This document shows positions 12,377 through 24,970 of a DNA stretch of 64,000 bases, one piece after another. Origin of the DNA: Octopus sinensis. Lineage: Eukaryota. The notes below the pieces were generated by a model. That model saw only the letters and a program-made list of their open reading frames with translations. It did not search any database and had not been told where the DNA came from. The translations under genes and the position numbers were made by a program. The DNA lies in contig NC_042998.1 in NCBI RefSeq assembly GCF_006345805.1, positions 35,402,001 to 35,466,000 of the forward strand, in the 5' to 3' direction. Each line of letters begins with the position of its first letter. Position 1 is the stretch's first letter.

Positions 12377-12920
12377 GTTTGGCGGAAGCCCTTGAAAAGG
12401 AAGATATTGAGGCTGAACTAAAGAATCTTGAAAAGGAAACAGAGGAAGAGAAGAAACAAATATTTCGAATGCAATGCATTCTAAAAGAATGTGTGACATT
12501 ACAAAGAGCTCGCAAAAGATTACATAACCGTATCAAAGATCGATCTTTTGACTATCACTTTCAGCTAATATCTGCTCGTCTCATCCAGGAACAGTTGCTT
12601 TTCCCGAATTATTTAGTGAAAGTAGAAAAAGACCGAATGTTTTTAAATAAAATCATAGAAAATACAAGAGAGGAAATCATAAATAAATGCACATATAATC
12701 ACTTGATACAGGCCATTGATCACACCAATGCCGTTAACGCAGAACGTGAAAGATGTCTTGGAGAATGCATCGAGACTGAGAAACGACTTCTCCAAGTTTC
12801 ACGTCAATGCCTGAAAGTAAAACAACAACTGAAACTGGAAATTCAGGATTTGGACGATATTATTGAGTATATGAAGGTGAAACGCCAGAAAAGAAAGTAT
12901 GATAATGCCTTGGCTTCAAG
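12377..12920 (+). CDS. IQCG: IQCG/DRC9 coding exon 2 (coiled-coil)
   Basis: Acceptor ttatttctaAG| and donor AG|GTAAGT. NYLVKVEKDRMFLNKIIENTREEIINKCTYNHLIQAI matches recalled IQCG [37 protein letters not shown]. Confidence 0.92.
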
Positions 12921-12944
12921 GTAAGTGAAAATTTCAATATTTTC

Positions 12945-13112
12945 ATATGTTGCCTTAGGAGCGTCATTACGCTAACAATAATACACGCACTGGTTCGAAA
13001 TCACTTCGCTACTGTTAGTCAATTTAACCAATTGAATAACAATAAAGAAGTGATATCGAACCAGTGCGTGTGTTATTATTGTTGGTGTAATGACCTGCCC
13101 AAGACACAAGAT
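12945..13112. mobile_element. Short foldback MITE, internally deleted relative of 29605-29905
   Basis: gtcattac..aataatacacgcactggttcgaaatcacttc pairs with gaagtgatatcgaaccagtgcgtgtgttattatt..gtaatgac. Confidence 0.8.
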
Positions 13113-13342
13113 TTATTTCAATATACGAACCCAAATCAAGAATCTTGCAAACTAAATACAAAAGTATTTTTTATATGCTAGTCTTGTGAAAAAGAATGAA
13201 ATTTAGTCAAATAATGGGATCGTTATTTATCAGTATACTATTGTGACGACATATCAATGTGGTTAACAAACGCTTTGCAACCGGTGAGTTCCGGGCTCGA
13301 TTCTACTGTACAATATCTTAAGTACACACACACATATATACA

Positions 13343-13382
<40 letters not shown>

Positions 13383-13429
13383 CATACATACATACATACA
13401 TACATACATACATACATACATACATACAT

Positions 13430-13469
<40 letters not shown>

Positions 13470-14689
13470 ACATATATGCATACTTACACACGCATACCGA
13501 TACACACGTGTACATACACACATATACATGCATACATGCACACGCATATATACATATATACATACACGCATACATACATGGTGGTTGTTTAACCCAAGGC
13601 AGACCATAATTGAGTAACTATGTCATTTTAAAGACTACTTTATATAATGTATAATGTATTAAGACAGTAACAATAGGATTCAAAAGTGATATGGCCTCTA
13701 TTTCTAGCAGGCCAAGCGATGGTGTAGATGATCATTCATTGCTAGTCTTGCTACTATAACTGCTGCTGCAGATGATGATGATGATGATAATGATGTGTTT
13801 GTCTTTACCTTTTCACTGTCTTCCTTCTTGTTTTCCTTTTCCACCTCCTCACGCCTTCTTCGCCTTTATAGATTCTTTTCTCAATAAACAGGATGTTTAT
13901 GTAAAAAGAAAAAAACAAATAAGGAAAGAAAACTTCTTAGTATATGAAATATTGGTCCATTTTCGAATTTTCCCAATCTCATAACAGGCTGTTGATATTG
14001 TATCGTCAATTTAAATCGATTCTTACTTGTTAACAATCTAAAAATATACCGTACGCTTTCGTTCTAATTTCGTTTGTCTTATTTTTCCCCTCAAGCCTAA
14101 TCAATAATAAGTAAAGGAATAGGTGTCTTTAACACCAGCTTTTCATCTATTATTCTTTTTCTGTAACATAAAACTCATGCATACAATTGCTTTGTCATTA
14201 GCAGTAAATCACACCGGTTTATCGGATGAACTGTTTAGAATTGTTGATATTTAGTTCTTTAGTTCCAAGTTAGCCCTGATTGATCAATGATATTCCAGTC
14301 GTGGCTATCACGTCTATTTTAAGGTATTGTATACATAGGACTACAATACAAACTTGTTAACAGTTGAAATATGCTTGAGACATATTCGAACACGTAAGAA
14401 AGCTATTCACGGTGGTTTGTCATGGAGAAATTTATCGCTGTAGACAAATGGATGTAAATACACCAAATCAGTTCACAGCGTCTTCTATCCACACTGTGGG
14501 ATGCGTGCATTTCGGAGTCGTTATTTTTTCTTCAGCCACTGACTCCGGTAAGGCAGATACCACGAACTGAGTGTCTATATCTTTAAAATAGTTGGGTGTG
14601 AACTGAGGGTGAATTCGTTGCTGTTTGACACAGGCTGAGCAGCCATTAGAGGATACAATTGTTTACAAAAACGAACACACACACACACG

Positions 14690-14735
<46 letters not shown>

Positions 14736-15469
14736 CATATATATATGGTTAATCCAAACAGGAAAATACAACAATGCGAGGACGTGGAACAAGCACAGTG
14801 TTATTGGACGCTCAGGAAAAGAAAGAAAGAAGGAGGATTTAACGTGTCTTCGTCAAAAACATAGGAAAAGGAAAGACCCAAGGAAAGGAAGACGGGGGAA
14901 AAAAACCGCCAACGATGCACACGCGGTCACATATATGTATATATATATTCGACGGTCTTCTTTCAGTTTCCGTCTATCAAATCCACTTACAAAGTTTTTT
15001 TGGTCGGCCCGTTGCTATAGTATAAGACACTTACCCAAACTGCTATGCAGCTGGACTGAACCCGGAAACATGTGGTTGGAAAGCAAGCCTCTTAACACAC
15101 GGCCACGTCTGTGCCTCTACTATAAAATGTAGCAATAATATATTGAATTTGAATTTAGTCGAACGCACTCTTCCCACCCACACAAATTGGTTTTATGACT
15201 TGCTGAAAGTAATCGATGTTTATAACATTCTCATTAATTTACAAAATATCATTTAAAGACCAATATAGAATACTTATATAAAAATATTTGTTTTAACGTA
15301 TGTGTGCATATATGTACACGGAATTACGTAGCGGTGGGATACTTCATATCTGATACTGCCCAACCGTAAAAAATATTAATATCGTAAAGATATTCTTTCT
15401 GTATCTTCGCCAACCTTTTTTTTTTTTTCAATATTCTCTCTCTCTCTCTTTCTCTTTCACACACACACA

Positions 15470-15502
<33 letters not shown>

Positions 15503-15771
15503 TTCGCTTTCTGTTTACATATCTCTTTATTTCTCTGGTTATCAAGAATTTTCTCATCCTCTCTCTATCTCCCTTCTCTCTTTCAAACCTTTTTTCGTCT
15601 CTCCCTTTTTTCATCTATCGCTGCCTCTCCATATCTTTCCCTTCTTCCCTCTCTCTTTTTCTTTCTTTCTCTTTCTCTCTCTCTCTTTCTTTCTCTTTCT
15701 CTCTCTCTTGTCTTTCGCTTTCTCTGTTTACATATCTCCTTATTTCTCTGGTTATCAAGAACTTTCTCATC

Positions 15772-15829
<58 letters not shown>

Positions 15830-16454
15830 GAATCATTTCTTTCCCATTCCTTTTAGAATGTCTACGAAAGTGTTAAGTATGAACTCATAATGCATAAACC
15901 ATAGAACAACAGGAGACTGGAAATGAAATATTATCATCGTATCTTACCCGGTAAATGCGCTGGAACAGATTTATATTAGAAAATTAGAAAATTATATTAT
16001 ATATACGAGATAATTGCATAGCTGGGACATAGAAAAAATTTTTATCGGAATATATTTATCGGAGATTTTTGTCTTTTAATTAGAATGGCTTTCTTCATAT
16101 AAAACAAAAGTACTTCAAGCTTATTCACAACCACTCTCAGAGTGTTCCTGGCTCGCACCGTAAATTCAAACTGGGAAAAGAGAATACGTCTTTTTTATTC
16201 TACTTATTTTATCCTCCTCACCATCACCACCGTTCACCATGTGTTACGGTGTACTGGAAACTACGAGAAGGTTCCTTTGCATTAACTAGTAAAAGGCTTC
16301 CTTTCGTCTCATTATTCTATAGGTGTGGCTGTGTGGTAAGAAGCTTATTTCCCAAACACATGGTTCTGGGTTCAGTCCCACAGGGTGGCACCTTGGGAAG
16401 GTGTCTTCTACTATAACCTCGGACTGGATAAAGCCTTGTGGCTGGAAATTTACT

Positions 16455-16548
16455 GTTCTATATTTAAGAGATGAGGAATTATGTACATTATTTACATTTG
16501 ACAGATATTTGTCCTCGTCTTGTTTGTTGTTAACCACTACGCCATATT
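16455..16548 (-). mobile_element. Inverted, internally deleted copy of the 16554-16810 element
   Basis: Minus strand reads atatggcgtagtggttaa (head) joined to caacaaacaagacgaggacaaatatctgtcaaatgtaaataatg (tail). Confidence 0.8.
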
Positions 16549-16553
16549 CCTAC

Positions 16554-16810
16554 GGGCATATGGCATAGTGGTTAAGAGCGCGGGCTACTAACTCCAAGAT
16601 ACCGAGTTCGATTCCTGGTAGTGACCTGAATGATAATAATAATAATAATAATAACAACAACATTGAAAAATACATTAGGAATGAGAACCCAGGTTCGAAA
16701 TTTCCCCAAGACATCTGATGAAGGCTGGAGGGTATATCAGCCGAAACGTTGTGCTAACAATAAACAAGATGAGGACAAATATCTGTCGAATGAAAATAAT
16801 GGAAATAATG
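16554..16810 (+). mobile_element. tRNA-headed SINE-like element with a Penelope-type ribozyme tail
   Basis: A box TGGCATAGTGG (16561-71), B box GTTCGATTC (16606-14), (TAA)n linker, then a hammerhead motif and tail. Confidence 0.75.
16710..16755 (+). ncRNA. Minimal type I hammerhead ribozyme motif
   Basis: CTGATGA (16715-21), extra A, stem II GGCTG/CAGCC, GAAA (16743-46), palindromic AACGTT stem III, imperfect stem I gacat/gtgct. Confidence 0.7.
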
Positions 16811-16965
16811 GAAATGTACTATTTACCGGAAACTAAAGCACAAATTGTAAATCAAGTTGTTTAGACCCGCTATTTCGGGAATCGATCTTGCATCGCTTGC
16901 TCCGTTGACTTAGAGATCATTTCTTTTATTCTACAGTGCTAACAAATTATAAGTAAGTAATAATC

Positions 16966-17372
16966 GTGGAGGCGCAATGGCTCAATGGCTCAGTGATTAG
17001 GGCAGCGGACTCGCGGTCGTAGGATCACGGTTTCGATTCCCAGACCGGGCGTTGTGAGTGTCTATTGAGCGAAAACACCCAAAGCTCCACGAGGGTCCGA
17101 CAGGGGTTGGCTTAGAACCCTGCTGTACTCTTCCACCACAACTTTCTCTCACTCTTTCTTCCTGTTTCTGTTGTACCTGTATTTCAAAGGGCCAGCCTTG
17201 TCACACACTGTGTCGCGCTGAATCTCTCCGAGAACTACGTTAAGGGCAGACGTGTCTGTGGAGTGCTCAGCCACTTGCACGTTAATTTCACGAGCAGGTT
17301 TTTCCGTTGATCAGATCAACTGGAACTCTCGTCGTCGTAACCGACGGAGTACCGTAGTAATAATCGAAACGA
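16966..17372 (+). mobile_element. tRNA-derived SINE, family C
   Basis: gtggaggcgcaatggc..cagtg.ttagggcagcggactcgcggtc..ggtttcgattccc head. Other copies at about 19183-19470(+), 20225-20472(-), 24115-24535(+, mosaic) and 37457-37850(+). Confidence 0.85.
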
Positions 17373-18042
17373 CAAAATCTTCCCCACAGTTAACCAACCG
17401 AGAGGCACCTTCGTTCTGTAAAATAAGTTTCGATTTGAAGGTGTCACGACGGCTGATTAGATTTGATGTAGGCCTTTTCGCTTGAAAATATTACAGATAG
17501 CAGCTTATTACCGGCATCGAGACCTCTACTGTAGAGTAAAATTTATCAGTTGCATCTAGATCTGATGGAAGAAAGATACCTCGGGGATGTAGAACAAATT
17601 AAATTTAAAACTGGCAAGTAGTTTGATAGTCTATCGGAGAACACCGAGGCCAAATTCTACCAAACAAGACTATATGAATAAACCATCATAATCATCATCA
17701 TCATCATCATCATCGTCATTCATTATGGCGGTTGTTCAGTACTTTACTTTCTGCCTTTAGGATTTTTGATATTTCTTTGACGAGACAAAACTTGCGAGTC
17801 TGCGCACAATTCCCAACGGTGCACTGTCATGGATGGTAATGGAATATTGTTATGGTAATGTCTCCACTGAAAGCATTAGCAATGCTGTCGAAATGACATG
17901 CCTATGAGCGGTCGCTGAAATACAGTCATATTCAAATCAATGACTCAGACAGAACCTCCGTTTACATTGATCAGCCGTGTTTTCATGGCATGTTATAATC
18001 TTTGTAAACTTAACCAAAACGTGTTTCGGGGTAAAATAAAAC

Positions 18043-18133
<91 letters not shown>

Positions 18134-18159
18134 AGAGAGAGAGAGAAATAGAGAGATAA

Positions 18160-18190
<31 letters not shown>

Positions 18191-20842
18191 TCTTGTAATA
18201 TTCGCTGAATTTCATTCCCGAACAGAAAATTAAAGTATTTGCGAAAACTATACAAGCTGTCTGCAAAGTATAAAAGTATTTCAAATGCACGTTATTTTGA
18301 ACCAAACAGCAAACATCTCCGTGGTCACTGTCATGCAAGAAATAGCAACCAAATCTTCCTCCATTCACATCCTACTACTTTTTAAAAAGAAAAGTACATG
18401 TTCAAACATGTAGTTCTAGATAGTCCTTAAAAAGACAAGCTGTCGATGCAATGTGTTTGGTGATATATATACTCAGAGCTGATCTAAGACTTAAGCAACG
18501 AGAACAAGAAGAAGAACAATCTACACAATTTCACCATCATGGTAAACCATCAGTTTTCCTATGAATACACGGAACTTTTGTTGAGATGAAACCCATCATC
18601 CCCGCTTCTAACATAGGTACAAGGCCGCCGATTTAGAGAGCAAGGTTCATTGATTAAATCAGGCTAAGTGGTCGACTGACGCTTCATTTTATCAACATTG
18701 AAAGCACAAAAAGTAAACCTGACCTCTGCAGTATTTGAACTCAGAACGTGAAGAACAGTTAGTATATGTCGCGGGCGCTAATGGTTCTGCTTATCTACCG
18801 CTCTGAGATATCTAATTAATACAGCTGATATCTAATTAATATACGATAGGGCTTGGTACTAAAAGTCATACAATAGTAATTATTAAATCGTAGTAGATGA
18901 CAATCGTCTGTCATGGGGACTCCCATATCACGTGATGCGGGAAATCCGTCGTCCATAACAGAAAATTCTTGTCTGCTACGATTTATGTGTGTGCTTTTAC
19001 GCACCGGGCGCCTATAAATGTGAGGATCTCTCAAGGCTAATAACGCAGTATTCGGTGTTCTATTAAAACAATAGTAAATTTAGTTTCATAATATTCTGGC
19101 TTTAAGTCAGTTAGGTTTTACTTCGAGTCTTGTGTCCCTTGGGTTAATGAATAAACTTATTTTCTCGTTTCTATTTCCGTAGAGGTACAAGGCTTAGCGG
19201 TTAGAGCACTGGACTTGCTGTCGAGGGATCGTGGATTCGTATCTCAGACTGGGCGATGTATGTGTTTATGAGCAAAAAATTAAAGTTCCACACGGCTCCG
19301 ACAGAAGGTAATGGCGAAATTCTGCTGACTCTTTCACCACAATTTTCTCTCACTCTTTCTTCCTGCATCTAGCAGCTCACCTGCGACAGACCGTCCAGAT
19401 GGGATAACTATACGCTAATGAAACCGGTAAACTGTCCTTAGAATCCTTGCATGGCTCGAGAAGGAACAAACATTTTCTATTTCGAGCAAGGCTGCGAACA
19501 CTTAGGTACCACTTGTTTGGCTCAAAATATTGTGCGTATTAGATGCTGTCATATTTTGTAGGTTTCTTGCATAGTTCTGACAAGCATTTTAGTTTTCTCT
19601 TCTGAAATAATCTAGGCACGAGGCCCGAAATTTTGGTGGAGGGGGAACATTCGATTAGATTGACCCCAGTACGCAACGGAATTTGAACTCGGAACATAAA
19701 AACAGACGAAATACCACTAAGCATTTCGCCCGGCGTGCTAACGTTTTTTATTTCTTTATTGCCCTCAAGGAGCTAAACATAGAGGGGACAAACAAGGACA
19801 GACAAAAAGGGACTCAGTCGATTACATTTACCCCAGTGCGTAACTGGTACATAATTGATCTACCCAGAAAGGATGAAAGGCAAAGTCGACCTCGACGGAA
19901 TTTGAACTCAGAACGTAACGGCAGACGAAACACCGCTAAGCATTTTGCCCGGCGTGCTAACGTTTCTGCCAGCTCGCTGCTTAATTGATGAAGTAATATT
20001 ACAAAAGCAGTGATTGTTTTACAGAGATGGATGCAATCGTTTATAGGTACTTCTTTCATAAAAAGGTGATGATGTGCTGGTGCATGAAAATTCCATTTAC
20101 CAAATAAATCCGTCAGTTTTTTTGAAGTATTACTAAGAATTCGTCTTCATGCAGCTTTCTCTATAATTCAGTGATTCTTATCAAAGCTATATTCATGGTA
20201 GAATTTCAACTCAGCACTAAAAAAACTATAGTTTCTCCACCTGGAAGGACGCCGGTCCGTCGCAGGTGAGCTGTTAGATGTAGGAGGAGGAAAGAGTGAG
20301 AGAAAGTTGTGGCGAAAGAATCACCAGAAGTTCGCCATTACCTTCTACCGAAGCCGTGTGGAACTTAGGTGTTTCACTCATAAACACACACACCCCCACG
20401 GTCTGAGATTCGAACCTGCGATCCCTCGACCGCGAGTCCGCTGCTCTAACCACTAGGCCATGTGCCTCCACTATGAATTGAGTCGACATGTTAGTAATTG
20501 TTGTCCTTGTTTAGCCTTCGATTAGCTCTGGTTGAGCAGATCTATCTTTAAAGCTATTCCAGCCATGACCATCGCATCTTTTTATATATCATTTATCTTT
20601 TCTTTTTCTTGTACTTGTTTCAGTCATCAGACTGTGGCCATGCTGGAGTCTTGAAGATTTTTAGTTGAATGAATCGACCCAAGTTCTTTTCTTTCAAACC
20701 TAATAGTTATTGTATCGGTCTCTTTTGCCGAACCGTTAAGTCACGGAGACGTAAACAAACAACACCGGTTACCAAGCGGTGGTGGGACAAACACAGACAC
20801 AAATACACATACACGCACACACACACACACACATACATATAC

Positions 20843-20895
<53 letters not shown>

Positions 20896-21210
20896 AAAAA
20901 TAATAAAAACAGCCGTTTGTAATATTATATCATAAAGAAAAATTATAGTCGCAAAACTAAACTTGACTAAGGGTGTGAATAACACCTCCTTTGCTAGAAA
21001 TAGGAGCTAAAATGCTTCAATGGTGTTACAAAGCACATAACATATGATAGGAGTACAATTCCCCGAACACCGAACCGAGAATTCTTAGCCCCTATCAGAG
21101 TATACGTTGTATGCTTTGTAACAGCATAGGAGCATTTTAACTTCTATTTCTAGCAATGTAGGTGTTATTCTCACCCTTAGTCAAGTTTAGGCGACAACTA
21201 TAATATAGAT

Positions 21211-21378
21211 ATTTATGGAAAGAAGTTCCATAAAACTCATCAATTTAGTTAAAAATGGAGAAGACAAGTTGTTAAAACGATCGTCTGCATGAATTAAAAT
21301 TCTCTTGTATGTTTTAACAATTTGTCTTCTCCATTTTTAACTAAATTGATGAGTTTTATGGGACTTCTTTCCATAAAT
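21211..21378. repeat. Inverted repeat with about 68-bp arms and a 30-bp spacer
   Basis: atttatggaaagaagttccataaaactcatcaatttagttaaaaatggagaagacaa.ttgttaaaac and its reverse complement. Confidence 0.9.
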
Positions 21379-22135
21379 TCACCACACTTCATATACAAGT
21401 ATTTACACCTGTAAACTTCTAGCAAAGTATGAAGAATTAACATTGGAAATCTTTTCTGGAAACGTGCAAATTAAAGGACGAATCTACTATTCAACCTTTT
21501 TACACCTATAATGGAGTCATTGAGACCCAAAGGTGTCAGGTAATGCTGAATAAGTGTTATAGAGAGACCATAGTAAAGTTCCAGATTCGGTTATATTGCG
21601 AATAAAGGGTTCAACGTTGGTTCTATGTCAGTGTGTGTATATAAGAATTTTTTGCGTAATAAGATAAAAAAAACAAGGATGTATAGATATTAGAGCAGTT
21701 ATAGATAGATATAAATGCTCTAATATCTATACAGTCTTAGTTTTTTACCTCATTACGCAAAAAATTCTTATATATATATATATATATATATATACGAAGG
21801 GCTTCGGTCGGCCTGAGGCTGTAGTAGAAGATACTTGCTCAAGGTGCCACGCACTGGAAGTCAACCCGGAACCATGTGGTTGGGAAGCAAACATTTTCCA
21901 CACCGCCTCGCCTGTATCTATCAGGGACTAAATTTTAGAAGTGTATCATTATATAAAACGTTGGCCTGATACAGTCGTTGAAATAAAGAAGATTTTGTGT
22001 TGCTGTTCATGTTGTTTTAGTCGTTACTTATCTCAAGTGAGCCCTAATGGAAGAGGTCTGGGATCGAAAACGCTCTAACTATGTTTGTACCATCTTTTTT
22101 TTTATATCTTGAGCTTGCATTGCATTCATCTAATG

Positions 22136-22396
22136 CAGTATTTCTCAACCAGGAATCATAAGACCTTAGGGGATCCTTATAAGATTTCGCTGTTAAAATC
22201 TATGTACAATAAACTGGTTACGCCTCTTCAATAAACAAAGTATTTTAATAATTTCTTCTTAATACAGTTCCTAATAATAGTATTCAATGATAAAAATACA
22301 ATAGGATTTTTTAAATATCGAATGACCATGGAGGTCCGTCCGAATAAAATAGAAACCAAAACGGCCAACTGGAAAAAAAATGGTGGCGAAACATTG
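22136..22396. mobile_element. hAT/Charlie-type MITE
   Basis: Ends CAGTATTTCTCAACC / GGTGGCGAAACATTG (degenerate TIRs). 8-bp flanks ATCTAATG / ATCAAATG match at 7 of 8 positions. Confidence 0.7.
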
Positions 22397-24219
22397 ATCA
22401 AATGTCTTAACAGCGTGATTTGAGGAAGATTTGGCTTCTATCTCTAGTAATTCAAATGACAGTATAGAGGTTCCTTCAACCGCTCGAGGGAGTTAAGTGT
22501 CTTGTCACAGGACGCATGGCAATTTTGGTGATGCAACAGGGGCAGGACGGGGGTATAAGCCAGTAATATACAATCTACTTGAACAGCTACGATTCTATTT
22601 TAATGTCGTCTGATGAGAGATACAGAGTTACGTTATTAATTCATATATATTTTTGAAAATACGCGAAAAAAAATCAATGTTTATTGTTACTGTAAAAATA
22701 AAGTTTACAAAGCAGCTTGATAAATGGATTGTCAGCAACATTTTAATGAAGTGAAGATTACCTGAGGACAATAGAGGCGCCAATATTTTATGCAGCTTCA
22801 AATAAATTTGTTTTTTAAACTGTGTGCGAAAATGTGAAAACCTAATCAACTTAAGTCTCTCTCTTCGCTGTCACTCGACATTATCATATTAACTTAAGCT
22901 GATGTCTGGACAAGTTTCATTTGGTCTGGTTGCTTGGTTTTCTGGGGGATTTTTTTTGTATTTTTGTTTTTTGTTTTGCTTTTGCAGGGTGGAATGGGTG
23001 TAGATGATGTGTTGGTAGACTCTTTTGAGCATCCGACAGGCTGTTTGACAGCATTTGTTTCAACTCAATGCATTCGAAGTTCAAATCCGCTTGTGGTCGA
23101 CTTTTCCTTTCATCATTCTAGGGTCAATAAATAAAAGTATCAATCATGTACAAGGGTCGAAAGACTCTCTCTCTCACACTGCCTCCCCTCCCACTTTCTT
23201 TCTCTCTCCCCTCCCCCTCCCTTTTTCACTGTCCTCTTCCCTCTCCCTCTTTCTCTCTTTCTCTCTCTCCTCTCCCTCTCACTTTCACTTCCTCCCCTCC
23301 CCCTCCTTTCTGTCTCCCCTCTCTCTCTATCTCTCTCATTCACTACCTCTCCCTCTCCCTTTCTTTCTAACCCTCCCCGTCTCTCCTTCCTCTCTATCTC
23401 TATCTCTCCCTCGGTCTCTCTCTTTCACTACCTCTCCCTCTCTCATTTTCTCTCTCCCTCCCCATTTCTCCTTCCTCTCTCTTTCCATTTCTCTCTCTCT
23501 CCTCTCATTCACTACCTCTCCTTCTCTCTTTCTCCCTCCCTCTCTCTCTCTCATTCACTAACTCTCCTCTCTCTTTCTCCCTCCCTCTCTCTCTCTCTCG
23601 TTCACTACCTCTCCTCTCTCTTTCTCTCTCTCTCTCCCTCTCCCCTAATTGGTCCCTTTTCTCTGTAAAAAAAACATCAATGGAGACTACTCAAGGAGTC
23701 ATTTTCTCCAGAAATGTTGAAGGATTCAACGACAGACCTTTTTCTCACAGAAAACTTTCTCCCAGAAAAACTAAACTGCCACCAATAAATTCTTGGGTGG
23801 GCAAAGTTGCCAGCTGGCAGAGGCGTTAGCTTGCCGTACAAAATGCTTAGCGACATTTCATCCGTCTTCATGTTCTGATTCCAAATTCTGTCAAAGTTGA
23901 CTCTAACTTTCATCCTTTGTGTGGGGTCTGTGAAATAAGCACGAGTAGAGCCCTGAGGTAGGTGTAATCGACTTACCCCTTTCCCTCAATTGCTGGCCTT
24001 GTGCTAAGATTTGATATTGAAAGGTGGACGGATGTATTGTGCGGTGCACAACTGAAAAAAAAGGAAGGCGGATGAAACTATTATTGTTCAGTCAAGAAGG
24101 TTGTAGCAGACAATTAGCGAGGACGCGTGGCTTAGTGGTTAGGGTTTTCGGCTCACATGAGTTCGATTCCTGGTGGCGCCTTCTGTCCTTGAGCAAACCA
24201 CTTTATTTCACATTGCTCC

Positions 24220-24272
24220 AGAGCAGTGGTCTTGTAAACCAGGGGTCGTGAGTTCAATTCTCAGTGGGGGCT
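24220..24272 (+). pseudogene. 5'-truncated tRNA-Thr(UGU) fragment
   Basis: agagcagtggtcTTGTAAaccaggggtcgtgagttcaattctcagtgggggct has anticodon arm TGGT(C/T)-TGT-ACCA, a T arm and an acceptor 3' strand, matching recalled metazoan tRNA-Thr(TGT). The 5' acceptor strand and D arm are missing. Confidence 0.7.
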
Positions 24273-24704
24273 TCAAGAAGGAATTTTTTTTAAAAGGCGG
24301 TGCTCCAGCATGGCCGCAGTCAAATGACTGAAACAAGTAAAAAGGGTAAAAAAGAGTAAAGAGTCCAATCCAGTGGCCGGCCTTGTCACACTGCCACGCT
24401 GATTTTCTCTAATAAACTACGTTACGGGTACACGTGTCTGTGGAGTACTCAGCCACTTGCATGTTCTTCTCACGAGTGGGCTGTTCCGTTGATTGGAACC
24501 CTGGAACCCTGGTTGTCCAAAACTAACGAAGTGCCAGCACAGACAAGGACCAAAATTCCTATTAAATAATATGGTCTACACACACACACACACACACACA
24601 CTATTGGTGTTATTTGGTGTTTATTATAAATCATTCCGATATTTCTCAATTTAACCAAATAATAATCTGGAATTGTATGTGAGGTGAGAAAACAAATCAT
24701 CATT

Positions 24705-24970
24705 ATCATCATCATCATCATCATTTAACGTCCGTTTTCCGTGCTAGCATGGGTTGGACGATTTGACTGGGGTCTGGTAAGCCACGGAGGCTGCACCAGG
24801 CTCCAGTCTAATCTGGCAGTGTTTCCACAGCTGGATACTCTTCCTAACCTTCCTAACGCCAACCACTCCGTGAGTGTAGTGGGTGCTTTTTACGTGCCAC
24901 CGGCACAGGGGCCAGAGGAGGCTGGCAAACGGCCACGATCGGTTGGTGCTTTTACGTGTCACCGACACGG
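24705..24970 (-). mobile_element. SINE-like element ending in a (GAT)n tail (family E)
   Basis: (CAT)n tract followed by ttaacgtccgttttcc..ggttggacg..ctggat.c.cttcctaacgccaacc. An RTE-type tail is suspected from recall. Confidence 0.55.
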
